Source: a virus (Duplodnaviria > Caudoviricetes). From it: a stretch of DNA of 64,000 nt. Of this stretch, positions 53,471 to 62,727 are shown piece by piece; position 1 is the stretch's first letter; each line of letters begins with the position of its first letter. The translations under genes and the position numbers were made by a program. The stretch is from IMG/VR virus record IMGVR_UViG_3300050034_000334, one strand, 5' to 3'. The notes below the pieces were generated by a model. It ran no database searches. It was not told where the DNA came from and worked only from the letters and a program-made list of their open reading frames with translations.

Positions 53471-54394
53471 TTACGAAGACACGTCAGTTGCCGGCGGAAT
53501 GTGTTTCCTCTGGGGAGATGGAATGTTGTCTTTGAATTCGTTGATCAGTTGTCTCATCCTATCAGGATGACCATTGCTCCAGTAGTATCTGCCAGACAGA
53601 GAGTCATTGGTTTCTCCTGAAATCTGATTGGCCCAAAGCCGCTTCTTCTGCTTGGTGTCATCAGCAACCTTGGGGATGAAAACTGGATGCCATAGATGAA
53701 ACACCGGGCCTGGAAGAGTCTTGTGTGGACCGAAGAGGGTATCTGTAGCGACCATAGCGGCATGGTCCTCGCCACCCCATCCTCTGAATCTCGGATCCCA
53801 TCCTCCCACCTCTTCAAACCCCTTTCGAGGAATGATTTGAATCATTGCCCCATACCAGTGTCCGATGGCTGATATTGGTTCTCCTTCATACTTGTCTTTG
53901 TTGGTGTAATCGTTCTCATCTGGAACAGGAGACAAGACCAATTGCTTCGGATCAGTATTGATGATCTTCCTTGAAGCCTCCTCTGTGAGTCTGAACAGCT
54001 TGCGATAAGGAACAAACCAGAGACGCCAGCCATTCTTGGAGGAGTGACGAATCTCTTCGGCACATAGAAGAATTGCTTCTGCTGAGATGCAAGTATCAGC
54101 GTCTACAATCGCAAAGATGTCTCCATGAGCTTTGCTCACCGCGTCGTTTACTGCCACTGATTTTGAGAACGGAGCATGATTTTGTACTGCTTCGATGTCT
54201 TCTCCAAGGATGATCTCTGAGCCGGGTAGTGCCTTCCTCCAGTAGCTGTTCAACCAATGCCAACTATCTGCTCTGTGACCAGTTGGCTCCGATAGGTGCA
54301 GAGGGACAAGGATGCTGATCCCATACCCCTTCACCCTCAGTATCCTGAAAAGGAAGAAGACGAAGATTCTCCACAGATTCTTAAGTTTTTCCAT
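53471..54394 (-). CDS. GT-A glycosyltransferase (GT2/GT7-like)
   Basis: FSKSVAVN, IVDADT and GGWDPRFRGWGGED motifs. Confidence 0.8.
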   Translation of the reverse strand: MEKLKNLWRIFVFFLFRILRVKGYGISILVPLHLSEPTGHRADSWHWLNSYWRKALPGSEIILGEDIEAVQNHAPFSKSVAVNDAVSKAHGDIFAIVDADTCISAEAILLCAEEIRHSSKNGWRLWFVPYRKLFRLTEEASRKIINTDPKQLVLSPVPDENDYTNKDKYEGEPISAIGHWYGAMIQIIPRKGFEEVGGWDPRFRGWGGEDHAAMVATDTLFGPHKTLPGPVFHLWHPVFIPKVADDTKQKKRLWANQISGETNDSLSGRYYWSNGHPDRMRQLINEFKDNIPSPQRKHIPPATDVSS

Positions 54395-55136
54395 ATACTC
54401 TGCTCAGTTCTCGGAATGCATCGAAGACCTCGAACTTTGCATCGTCTACGCGATTCCGCTTTGGCTCGATCATTTTCCCAATCTCGAAAGGCGTCTTGAT
54501 TGAGGCACTATAATCCTGATACTTAAAAAGACCGCCATCTTTTGCCAAGGCATCACAGGATTCCACACGCCTGGGGATTCCCCCGATGGCGTCAGCAACA
54601 ACCATTCCGTGCAGTGAAGAAGTCACTATTCTTCTGCAGGCAGAGATTTCTCGTATGACGGTTAGTGGATCGTCAAGAGGACTAATGACCTTGCGTGTGA
54701 ACTGAGAGGGTACGAGTTTTTGGAATCGATCAGCAAGAGTTGAGTCCTGCCAGTGAGGTAAAATTCCCAAGTCCCAGGTCTTCTTTTGAGGCTCCACGAG
54801 CTCATTCGCCAAGAGGGCAGGATCACCCAAAGCAAACTGGCCAGTGAAAGCTCGAGCCGTCAGAGGACCTCTGAGAGCTAGGACGTGAGCATCTCGTGGA
54901 TTGAATTTCAGTTTGGATGTTTCTCTCAGAAGACCAGAACCGACGATGAATCCCCTCCACCCAGGAGGGATGTGTTCTAGGATAGATCCAACTGAGACTA
55001 TGTCGGCCTCAGCAATAGGTTTCCATACAATTTTGTTGAGGTCGGAGAATCTCGCAAGAAGAAGAGGGGATAATACGTCTCCGAAATTCTCTACCCGTCG
55101 CCACCAGTAAACACTTTGCACCTTCCCGAACATCAT
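54381..55136 (-). CDS. Polysaccharide pyruvyl transferase family protein
   Basis: NFGD, GSIL, LRGPLT, GDPALL, GILPHW and SSLHGMVVADA motifs. Confidence 0.8.
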   Translation of the reverse strand: MMFGKVQSVYWWRRVENFGDVLSPLLLARFSDLNKIVWKPIAEADIVSVGSILEHIPPGWRGFIVGSGLLRETSKLKFNPRDAHVLALRGPLTARAFTGQFALGDPALLANELVEPQKKTWDLGILPHWQDSTLADRFQKLVPSQFTRKVISPLDDPLTVIREISACRRIVTSSLHGMVVADAIGGIPRRVESCDALAKDGGLFKYQDYSASIKTPFEIGKMIEPKRNRVDDAKFEVFDAFRELSRVYGKT

Positions 55137-55167
55137 TTTTGTGGTCCTTTGATAGAGGAAGAGAGAG

Positions 55168-55560
55168 TCAGTTCATTGGTCCTTTAATACTCTCTACGAT
55201 CATTTTTCTGAACTGACCCTCTGTAATGGACCATCTGTTCTCGGTGCTGTCTTTAACAATATCTAGATTTGCCTTCGCCAAGGCATAAACCTGCGACGCA
55301 GAGTCGTTTGTGCATCCGACATTAGCAACATGAGTGTAGAAACTACCTTCGATTTCATGTCCTATGAGGGAAATGAGGGCACCCCGAGAAATGTCAACTT
55401 CTTCTCCATCGTCTCCAATTCTCGGAATGTCGGTGAGATCCATCTTCACCGAGAACGGTTGCTTCTCTCCTCGCGCAACTTCGTGCAAATTTGAGAAAAG
55501 GACCTCATTCCCGTCACTTTCTGCAACGATGTAGATGCCGTCAAAGTTCCATTTGCTCAT
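55168..55560 (-). CDS. Hypothetical protein
   Basis: ORF track. Confidence 0.55.
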   Translation of the reverse strand: MSKWNFDGIYIVAESDGNEVLFSNLHEVARGEKQPFSVKMDLTDIPRIGDDGEEVDISRGALISLIGHEIEGSFYTHVANVGCTNDSASQVYALAKANLDIVKDSTENRWSITEGQFRKMIVESIKGPMN

Positions 55561-55907
55561 TTGAGTTTTCCTTCGTACACGTGGACAGACTCTGGCTGAG
55601 TCTCAAAATCGATTGATGGAATTGCCTCTTCAGTCCGGACAGAAGGAGGAGTTCCCGCACTTGCCTTCTCTACGACGGCACTTGTGGTCTTCTCCATTTC
55701 AAGAGTTCCGGAGGCCATCCAGCGAGCGTGAAACTTGCCATTGCAACCGGCGCTGCACGCATGTTTGACACCAGGATTGTGCATGTTCTCTTCACTCAAG
55801 CGAGCAGAATGAAATATACCATCCTCGGTGACCCAGGTCGTCCACCAGTGATTCTGTAGCTTTTTGTCTTCGTTACATACATCGCAAGACGGAATTGTCT
55901 TTATCAT
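55557..55907 (-). CDS. Zinc-binding hypothetical protein
   Basis: CDVC...HACSAGC. Confidence 0.55.
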   Translation of the reverse strand: MIKTIPSCDVCNEDKKLQNHWWTTWVTEDGIFHSARLSEENMHNPGVKHACSAGCNGKFHARWMASGTLEMEKTTSAVVEKASAGTPPSVRTEEAIPSIDFETQPESVHVYEGKLK

Positions 55908-56545
55908 CTTGTCCTCATTTCGTTTTTGATCACCATCTGGGCCATCCAGTGATGTCCTGTACCAACATGTTCAGCACGAACATACTTGGCAACTGACTTC
56001 CTGAATGCGCCATAGGGAAATGAGTCAGCAAGACGAACCACATAGCCTTCTTGTCTCTTCATATCGAGCCGTCCTGCGATTCCCAGGACAAGTTCTTCAT
56101 CCCAGATCCCATCGTACAGGACAGGAACCGTCTCGATGTCTAAGATTCCGGCATATTCAATCGTTTCATCCCAGTTCAGACAGGTATTCGAGTCATTCCA
56201 GATACCAAACAACATGAAGTAGGAAGGCAACTCCCAGTACTTCAAAGTGTGCTTGGCATACAAGTTCTCACCACAGAATCGCCACCCTTGAGGAATGTTA
56301 TAGGCGAACTGAGCGTGATAGTTCTTGACCCACTGCCGACTTTCGTGACCACCACTGTCTATGCTTCGAGCGTGAATGTAGTCAGAGTACATGGTGGTGT
56401 TTTCACCATCCATCTTCTCGGTTACAATCACCCTTCGTCCCTTGAATACAGATGTGTCTTTCATCACTCGGTCATCAGCCGAAATACCGGGACTCCACGG
56501 CAGGTGGGGAGTCCTTGGATATTTGACACGTCGAGTGATGACCAT
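55904..56545 (-). CDS. ATP-dependent RNA ligase family protein
   Basis: KYPRTPHLPWS, TEKMDGEN, CGENL, EGYVVR and AKYVR nucleotidyltransferase motifs. Confidence 0.85.
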   Translation of the reverse strand: MVITRRVKYPRTPHLPWSPGISADDRVMKDTSVFKGRRVIVTEKMDGENTTMYSDYIHARSIDSGGHESRQWVKNYHAQFAYNIPQGWRFCGENLYAKHTLKYWELPSYFMLFGIWNDSNTCLNWDETIEYAGILDIETVPVLYDGIWDEELVLGIAGRLDMKRQEGYVVRLADSFPYGAFRKSVAKYVRAEHVGTGHHWMAQMVIKNEMRTR

Positions 56546-56577
56546 GCTTCGTTCTACGTTCGGTTCCGTCAAAGGAG

Positions 56578-56916
56578 CTAATGCTTGGGACGGCCTATCC
56601 TCGGTTTGGACAGCGGATGAGATTGTTCTTCTCCTTCGTATGTCACATAGTACCACGTTCCGAGTTGCTTACCGATGGCTCGCTTGAATCTTCTAGCATT
56701 TTTGACGTTACCCACACTCATAGTCTTGTTAAGCAAATGTGAGAAATGCTCAGCCACTTCACGCGCATTTTTGAACTGAGCAACCACCTGACGATTCTCG
56801 TCCAGGATTAGCCAAGAATGAATGCTCTGTACCTCGGATATTCTAGCTCGAAAACCGGCTGACGATCGTTTACCCGGCTGGCCGTAGTTTTGTCCTCGAA
56901 TCCGATCCCCTGTCAT
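56578..56916 (-). CDS. Hypothetical protein; last phage-like ORF
   Basis: ORF track. Confidence 0.4.
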   Translation of the reverse strand: MTGDRIRGQNYGQPGKRSSAGFRARISEVQSIHSWLILDENRQVVAQFKNAREVAEHFSHLLNKTMSVGNVKNARRFKRAIGKQLGTWYYVTYEGEEQSHPLSKPRIGRPKH

Positions 56917-56987
56917 TCGCCGCTTCGATCTCTGGCGAATTCATGAGTTTCCACTTCCCATAATACCTCTACTGAGAACTCCAAATA

Positions 56988-57031
56988 AATGCGCCCGGCT
57001 CTGAGGTTTTCACCCAAGGGCCGAACGCATT
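56988..57031. terminator. Host hairpin downstream of the lipoprotein gene
   Basis: AATGCG-CCCGGC...GGGCCG-AACGCATT imperfect stem. Confidence 0.5.
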
Positions 57032-57052
57032 CAAAGCCTGTTGTAAACTCAG

Positions 57053-58570
57053 CTACTCTGCCACTCCGTCGTTGATTTGCGCACAATCCATGCGCAGCGT
57101 CCCGTTGTCGTTGAAGACCAGGCCGTTGAAGCGCAGAATACTGCCCACAGAAATGGACTCCGTATTGAGCAACTGCGTATTGCTGTCCGCGTAAACCACG
57201 ACGTTGCCGGGATTGGTCAGCAGTGTGGTTTGACCCGGCAGTACGGCCAGATTCGGGAACAGGTCATAAGCCGCAAGCGCAACGGTATAGGTCGTAAAGC
57301 CGCCGCTGCTGGAGATCGCGTTCACCGTTCCGTTGATGGTTTGCGGCAAGAGCGTCATCGTGGTGATCGGCACGTAGATGGGATTTCTGGATTCGGATGC
57401 CGCATGAGTCGTGATGAAAACATTCTGGCCGTTTACCATGTTGGCTGCATTGAAACTGGCGGTGAAGGGAAGGCTTTTCAGGTTGGTGAGCTGGCCGGAG
57501 GTTTGGAATACGGCATTGCCGAAGCTGAAAGGGTTAGACATGCTCAAACCATATAAAATTGAACCCTGATATTCAACGATGGCGGCATTCAGGACCGATT
57601 CCGAGTTGGTCTCCTCATCCAGGAGCCCGCCTGCTATGGTCAAAGTGGATGCGTTCGTGTCATAGACCGCAACCCTCGTGGCCAGCAGTGAACCGTCCTG
57701 CTGAATCGCCACGTCCATATCCACGGGCAGACCGGCGGCAAGCTGTGAAGCGCCCGTAATTCCCTGGAATGCGGTGCTGCTGCTGGTGCTGACCTGCCAC
57801 GTGATACTGCCGGGAATGACCTGCCCCGTTGGACCAAACGCCGACGTTACGCTGAAGCTGCTTCCGCTTGCAGCGCCAGAGCTGATCAAGCCATGAAGGC
57901 CTGTCGCCATGCCGTTGGCGCTGTTGGTGGGCTGGGCCGCGATGGTCACAGGGAGCAGATTGAAGACTGGCGTGATGGTGGCTGAAGGATTTGCAACGCA
58001 ACTGAAAGAAGAGATGGACTCGGAAACCTGCAAATCCAGCGCGAGTCCCATACTGGTTCCCGTCACCGTGATTGGGGCAGGCAGTTTCACGGTTGCGCCA
58101 GACCCGGAAGAATAGCCTCCAAGAGCTCCGTTGATTAGAAGCCCGCCGTCTGATTTCAAACCAACACAAACAGGGAACCCTCCCTCGACGGTTGCCGTGG
58201 CGGAGGTGTAGATGTCTTGTGGGATCGTCGCGGTAGTGAGCGGTTCCACGGTTCCGTTCAGGTGCATATACTCGGTGCTCTGCGGAGTGGAAACGACCGT
58301 AACCGTCTTGCCCGACTGGCTGGTCAGCGTCAGGCTCTGCAATGTCAGAGGGAATTGCGTCAATTGATTGTTTGCGGCGCTGGTTGCCAGAACCATCACC
58401 GTAGTGTTCCCGGTCAAGGTTGAGCCCGAAGTCGAAGATGAACTCCCGCCGCAACCTGTCGTGAAGGCCGCGGCTAGCCCCATGGTAAGAACCAACAGCA
58501 AACGAAAGCGACTGGAAATTAGCGAACAATCGATGAGAGGAGAGGGAGAACGCATGGGACATCCTTTCAA
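57053..58570 (-). CDS. Host secreted lipoprotein (DUF4382-like, Ser/Thr-rich)
   Basis: Lipobox-like FTTGC, Ser/Thr-rich beta composition. Confidence 0.65.
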   Translation of the reverse strand: MKGCPMRSPSPLIDCSLISSRFRLLLVLTMGLAAAFTTGCGGSSSSTSGSTLTGNTTVMVLATSAANNQLTQFPLTLQSLTLTSQSGKTVTVVSTPQSTEYMHLNGTVEPLTTATIPQDIYTSATATVEGGFPVCVGLKSDGGLLINGALGGYSSGSGATVKLPAPITVTGTSMGLALDLQVSESISSFSCVANPSATITPVFNLLPVTIAAQPTNSANGMATGLHGLISSGAASGSSFSVTSAFGPTGQVIPGSITWQVSTSSSTAFQGITGASQLAAGLPVDMDVAIQQDGSLLATRVAVYDTNASTLTIAGGLLDEETNSESVLNAAIVEYQGSILYGLSMSNPFSFGNAVFQTSGQLTNLKSLPFTASFNAANMVNGQNVFITTHAASESRNPIYVPITTMTLLPQTINGTVNAISSSGGFTTYTVALAAYDLFPNLAVLPGQTTLLTNPGNVVVYADSNTQLLNTESISVGSILRFNGLVFNDNGTLRMDCAQINDGVAE

Positions 58571-58784
58571 AACTACGGTTGAGAACCTGGCAGTCGAAGG
58601 GTAGCAAGCCGCTTGATCGCGAACTTCAACCCGAAAGAATCATACGCGTATTCGTTGATCAAAAATGGATTGCTAAAGACAAGCTGGCTGCGATTCTGCA
58701 TCCTGCATCGGCGCAGTGTCGGATCACGAGTCGCCTGAAACAATGAACACAGACTTTGGAAATAAGTTTCTATAAGATAGAAAA

Positions 58785-60038
58785 TTAATTACAACTTAGC
58801 ATATCTTCCGGAAACTCCGTCGCCGCAGCGTCTTCGGGCGCAGCATCCGGCTCCACGCCATTCACGAGCTGGGCCGTGAAGAATGCATCCACCTGTGCCA
58901 GCACCTCAGCTCCGCTCCGCGACTGATAGATGGCTCCCCGCAGCTTGGCCCCGCCCGCCACACCGTGGGTGAACCAGGTGGCGAACTGCTTCATCTTGCC
59001 GGCGGTCTCGCCCAGTCGCGCGGCCTTGGGAAGATCCTTGGCGGCTTCGGCCTCATCCAATAACATTTGAAAATAGGCGCGGATCATGCGATAGCGATCT
59101 TCCGCCGTGGGCCTCTCATAGCTGCCGGTAGCCGTGTACTGCGCAATCTGCCTAAAAATCCAAGGGTTCGCCGGCGCGGCGCGGCCGATCATCACCGCGT
59201 CGCATCCGGTCTCGGCCACCATCGCCGCCGCGTCTTCGGGAGTTCTAATATCTCCGTTGCCGATGACCGGAATCCCCACCACCTGCTTGACCCGCGCAAT
59301 CCACTCCCAGCGCGCCTGGCCGCTATAGCCCTGCTCGCGAGTGCGGGCATGCAGCGCCAACCCATTCAGCCCCTCGGCCTCGGCCATCCGCGCCAGCTCC
59401 AGGCAAACAATGTCGGCGTCATTCCAGCCAAGGCGAAACTTCACTGTGAAGGGAATCGTCACCGCCTTGCGCACGGCGCGGAAGATCTCGCCGATGCGCG
59501 ACAGGTCGCGCAACAGCCCCGAGCCGCCATTCGAGCCAACCACTCGCTTGGCCGGACAGCCCAGGTTCAGGTCCACCAGATCAAAGCCGGTCTCTTCGAC
59601 AATTCGCGCCGCCTCGGCAAGCGTCTCGGGGTTGGCCCCGAAGAGTTGCGCGCCGATGGGGTGTTCGTCGTCGTAGAAGGTCAGATATCGCTGACGCTTG
59701 CTCTCGCGCATCCGGGCCAGCCCATCGGCCGAAGTGAATTCGGTCATCAGCAGCCCGCAGCCGGATTGCGCATTGGTCACTACTGAATCGATGCAAACCT
59801 GATCTCTGATCTCTGATCTCTGATCTCTTCTGAACAAACTGGCGTGGCGGATAAACCGCCGGAAGACCGTGTCCGTGACTCCGGCCATCGGCGCCAGCAC
59901 CGTCGCCGGAGCCACCACCACCGGCCCCAGGCGCATCTCGGCGGGCACACACGCCTCCGCGGGCATCGCGTGCTCCCTGGGCTCGTCCCAGCCTTTTTTT
60001 ACGGTAAAGCCCTTGCCCGCCATGGGTACCTCATCCAC
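58785..60038 (-). CDS. dusB: tRNA-dihydrouridine synthase
   Basis: LAPMAGVTD, DLNLGCPAK, GGSGLL, HARTR and AVMIGRAA motifs. Confidence 0.92.
   Translation of the reverse strand: MDEVPMAGKGFTVKKGWDEPREHAMPAEACVPAEMRLGPVVVAPATVLAPMAGVTDTVFRRFIRHASLFRRDQRSEIRDQVCIDSVVTNAQSGCGLLMTEFTSADGLARMRESKRQRYLTFYDDEHPIGAQLFGANPETLAEAARIVEETGFDLVDLNLGCPAKRVVGSNGGSGLLRDLSRIGEIFRAVRKAVTIPFTVKFRLGWNDADIVCLELARMAEAEGLNGLALHARTREQGYSGQARWEWIARVKQVVGIPVIGNGDIRTPEDAAAMVAETGCDAVMIGRAAPANPWIFRQIAQYTATGSYERPTAEDRYRMIRAYFQMLLDEAEAAKDLPKAARLGETAGKMKQFATWFTHGVAGGAKLRGAIYQSRSGAEVLAQVDAFFTAQLVNGVEPDAAPEDAAATEFPEDMLSCN
59799..59827. repeat. Heptamer tandem repeat (CTGATCT)x4 inside dusB
   Basis: Encodes the RDQRSEIRDQ insertion. 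Confidence 0.85.
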
Positions 60039-60055
60039 CGAAATACGAGACTGAA

Positions 60056-60469
60056 TCAGCCGGGCAGCTCATCCGCTTCATAAACAAACGGCTTGCCCCG
60101 CGAACCCGGATCCCATCCTGCTTCCATCGCCCGGCGGATGTGCGCTTCCACCTTCGCGGGAGAGATATTCTGCTTGACGAAATCAGTTCTCGTACAGCCG
60201 ACCTTCTGCGTTTTCACCGGCGGATACTCCAAATAAAGCTCACGGCGCACACCCTCCGCAACCTTTACGTGGATGGCCACGCCCCTCCAGCCTTCGGCGG
60301 TCGTCAATTGCTGCTCGCGGTGCAGATTCCAAATCAGGCGAAAATCGTCGATAGTCGTCGCAACCTGAATCGAACGCTTTGCGTGCGGCATTTCAAATCT
60401 CCCAATCAAAACCAAACAGCTCGCATGAAATCGTTCAAGTGCACAGCAACACAGCAAGGCCCCCGCCAT
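60056..60469 (-). CDS. Host hypothetical protein
   Basis: ORF track; start uncertain. Confidence 0.55.
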   Translation of the reverse strand: MAGALLCCCALERFHASCLVLIGRFEMPHAKRSIQVATTIDDFRLIWNLHREQQLTTAEGWRGVAIHVKVAEGVRRELYLEYPPVKTQKVGCTRTDFVKQNISPAKVEAHIRRAMEAGWDPGSRGKPFVYEADELPG

Positions 60470-60509
60470 GGCGGAGGCCCAATCGTGCGTGCCGTTTGCC
60501 GGGGCGCGG

Positions 60510-60752
60510 TTACTTGGCCGCTGCTGCTGCCGCTGCCACAGCCTCGTCGGACTTGGCGTACTTGCGGCGGAAGCGCTCTACGCGGCCCGCTGTGTCCACC
60601 AGGCGCTGTTTGCCGGTGTAGAACGGGTGGCATACCGAGCAGATTTCCACGTGGATGTCGCCCTTGTGAGTCGAACGGGTCACAAAATTGCTTCCGCAGG
60701 CGCACTTCACCTGCACCGCGGCGTAGTTGGGATGAATCTTTTCCTTGGGCAT
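60510..60752 (-). CDS. rpmE: 50S ribosomal protein L31 (zinc type)
   Basis: IHPNY...CACG...[27 protein letters not shown]. Confidence 0.97.
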   Translation of the reverse strand: MPKEKIHPNYAAVQVKCACGSNFVTRSTHKGDIHVEICSVCHPFYTGKQRLVDTAGRVERFRRKYAKSDEAVAAAAAAAK

Positions 60753-60829
60753 CTCGCTAGACAGACCTTTCCTGCAATACTTCTCTTCTATTGTAGGGGG
60801 AATCAGCGGGAATGGCAATTGCCGTGAAG

Positions 60830-60972
60830 TAGGGAATAGGGAATAGGGAAAAGGAAAGAATACTCAGCGCTTTTTCACTCACGCGACTTTTTTGTGTACT
60901 CAGTCTGGGTTTTGACGAGGGATGATGTCTTGCCGCTACACTGTTCCCTGTTCCCTATTCCCTATTCCCTGC
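60830..60972. repeat. Inverted pair of heptamer arrays (AGGGAAT)n and (TTCCCTG/A)n
   Basis: Arrays at about 60830-60850 and 60943-60972 are reverse complements. Confidence 0.7.
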
Positions 60973-61768
60973 TTTTTAGCGCCTTCTCAATCCCCGCCTC
61001 CACCAGCGGCGCCATCACCGCGTAGCCGGCGGGAAGCGGATGCACGCCATCCTGGCTCAGAGCGGCGGGCAGGCCGTCGCGGCTGTCCTTCATCGCCGCG
61101 TGGTAGTCCACATACACATGGCCCTTTTCCGCCGCATAGGCCTTGATCCACGCATTCAAAGCCAGCACCTTAGGCGCGGGAACCATTCCCGGCCTCCAGG
61201 GAAAATCGAAGGCTGGCAGCACTGAACAGAGCACCACGCGGATGTGGTGGGCCACGGCCAACTCGGCCATCGAGGCCAGATTGTCTTCGGTCTGCTCCAG
61301 CGTCATCGGCCCGGTGTTGCCGGCGATGTCGTTGATGCCCGCCAGAATTACCACCACCTTGGGTTGGAGCGCGATCACGTCCTGGCGGAAGCGCACCAGC
61401 ATCTGCGGCGTGGTCTGCCCGCTGATGCCGCGATTGATGTACGGCTTGCCGGGAAAGTACCCGGCCGTACCCTCGATCTTCCAGTTATCGGTGATCGAGT
61501 CGCCCATGAAGACCACGCGGTTATCGCCCGCGGCGGGCGGCGCCAGCTTCAAATCAGCCTCCTTGAACTTCGCCAGCCAGGGAAAATCCGTGAGCAGGCG
61601 CGCGTTGTACTCCCTCCGCCACTCGGAAACGGGCGCAGTCTGCGGCGCTGCGCCGGGAGTCTTGACCTCCGGTGCAGCGGCTGCGGTCTGCGCCAGCAGA
61701 TTCGAAGGGATCAACAGGGCAGAAGCGGCTAACAGGACAAAAGCGGCGCGCAAAGCCATTCGATTCAT
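60962..61768 (-). CDS. SGNH/GDSL hydrolase, secreted
   Basis: FMGDSITD, RGISGQTT, GIND and DGVHP motifs. Confidence 0.92.
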   Translation of the reverse strand: MNRMALRAAFVLLAASALLIPSNLLAQTAAAAPEVKTPGAAPQTAPVSEWRREYNARLLTDFPWLAKFKEADLKLAPPAAGDNRVVFMGDSITDNWKIEGTAGYFPGKPYINRGISGQTTPQMLVRFRQDVIALQPKVVVILAGINDIAGNTGPMTLEQTEDNLASMAELAVAHHIRVVLCSVLPAFDFPWRPGMVPAPKVLALNAWIKAYAAEKGHVYVDYHAAMKDSRDGLPAALSQDGVHPLPAGYAVMAPLVEAGIEKALKSRE

Positions 61769-61830
61769 TCGGTTTTCTCCCTGATTGATCAGTCCAGCGA
61801 GGTCATTGACCATGATTGACTGACGACTTA

Positions 61831-61856
61831 TCACTGTCCACTGTCCACTGTCCACC
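61831..61856. repeat. Heptamer tandem repeat (CACTGTC)n
   Basis: tcactgtccactgtccactgtccac. Confidence 0.75.
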
Positions 61857-61959
61857 GATTGTAGACAATCGCGCCAAACCATGGCCAAGGCCTTTTTCCA
61901 CATTAGGGGACTGCCGATGCACCGCCGCCATGACCAGCCGGTGCGCTACGCTTGGAGAG

Positions 61960-62727
61960 ATGAGTGTGTGCGCGATCTGCGATGGAGTGGGGCTGGTACG
62001 GGTGGTCAATCCTGCCGGCAAGTGGATTTCACGCGCCTGCGATTGCCAGGAGATGGAGCGCGAGCAGCGCCGCCTGGCCGCCGCCCACATCCCCGAGCGC
62101 TACCGGGGTTGCACGTTGGACACCTTCGATCCCGCGTTCAAGGGTGCTGATCCTTCGCTGGGCATGGCGCTGCTGACCGCCCGCAAATTTGTCGAGGCTT
62201 ATCCGGTCGATACCGCCGGCAAGGGATTGCTCTTCACTGGCACGCTCGGCGTGGGCAAAACCCATCTGGCCGTAGGCGTCCTCCGCCGTCTTGTCCGGGA
62301 ACGCGGTGTCCGAGGCCTCTTCTGCGACTACCGCGAGCTGCTCAAGAGCATTCAGAACAGCTACAACTTTCAAGTGCAGACCACCGAGCTGGAACTACTG
62401 AAGCCGGTCTTCGCCGCCGAGGTGCTGGTGCTGGACGACCTGGGCGCGCAAAAACCCAACGAGTGGGTCTGGGACACGGTCGCGCTGATTCTGAATACTC
62501 GCTATAACGACAAGCAGACCACCATCATCACCACCAACTACCCCGACCTACAGGCAGGCGCAGGCTTCAAAATCGACGAGAAAGGGAAACAGCCCGCCAA
62601 GAGCGAAGACACCCTGGGCGACCGCATCGGCGACCGTATGAGATCCCGGCTGGCCGAGATGTGCATTCCCGTCGAGATGACCGGCGAAGACCTCCGCCGG
62701 AGTATCGAGCGCGCCAAATTCAGGTGA
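61960..62727 (+). CDS. DnaC/IstB-like AAA+ ATPase (helicase-loader-like)
   Basis: CAIC..C.C zinc region, GTLGVGKTHLA, LVLDDLG, TIITTN. Confidence 0.85.
   Translation: MSVCAICDGVGLVRVVNPAGKWISRACDCQEMEREQRRLAAAHIPERYRGCTLDTFDPAFKGADPSLGMALLTARKFVEAYPVDTAGKGLLFTGTLGVGKTHLAVGVLRRLVRERGVRGLFCDYRELLKSIQNSYNFQVQTTELELLKPVFAAEVLVLDDLGAQKPNEWVWDTVALILNTRYNDKQTTIITTNYPDLQAGAGFKIDEKGKQPAKSEDTLGDRIGDRMRSRLAEMCIPVEMTGEDLRRSIERAKFR

Larger units (their letters stand above)
1..56990. mobile_element. Large (pro)phage segment; continues beyond the left edge; right junction approximate
   Basis: tRNA array, phage-type replication and nucleotide genes, homing endonucleases, inteins, dense small minus-strand ORFs and a repeated phage promoter motif; abrupt switch to housekeeping genes after about 57,050. 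Confidence 0.85.

Noticed and set aside
57040-57049. GTTGTAAACT shared with positions 8-17 as a possible att core
   Set aside because: Only 10 bp, plausible by chance, and phage genes evidently continue left of position 1.
61960-62727. IS21 element (istB)
   Set aside because: No istA or terminal inverted repeats nearby; the context is housekeeping.
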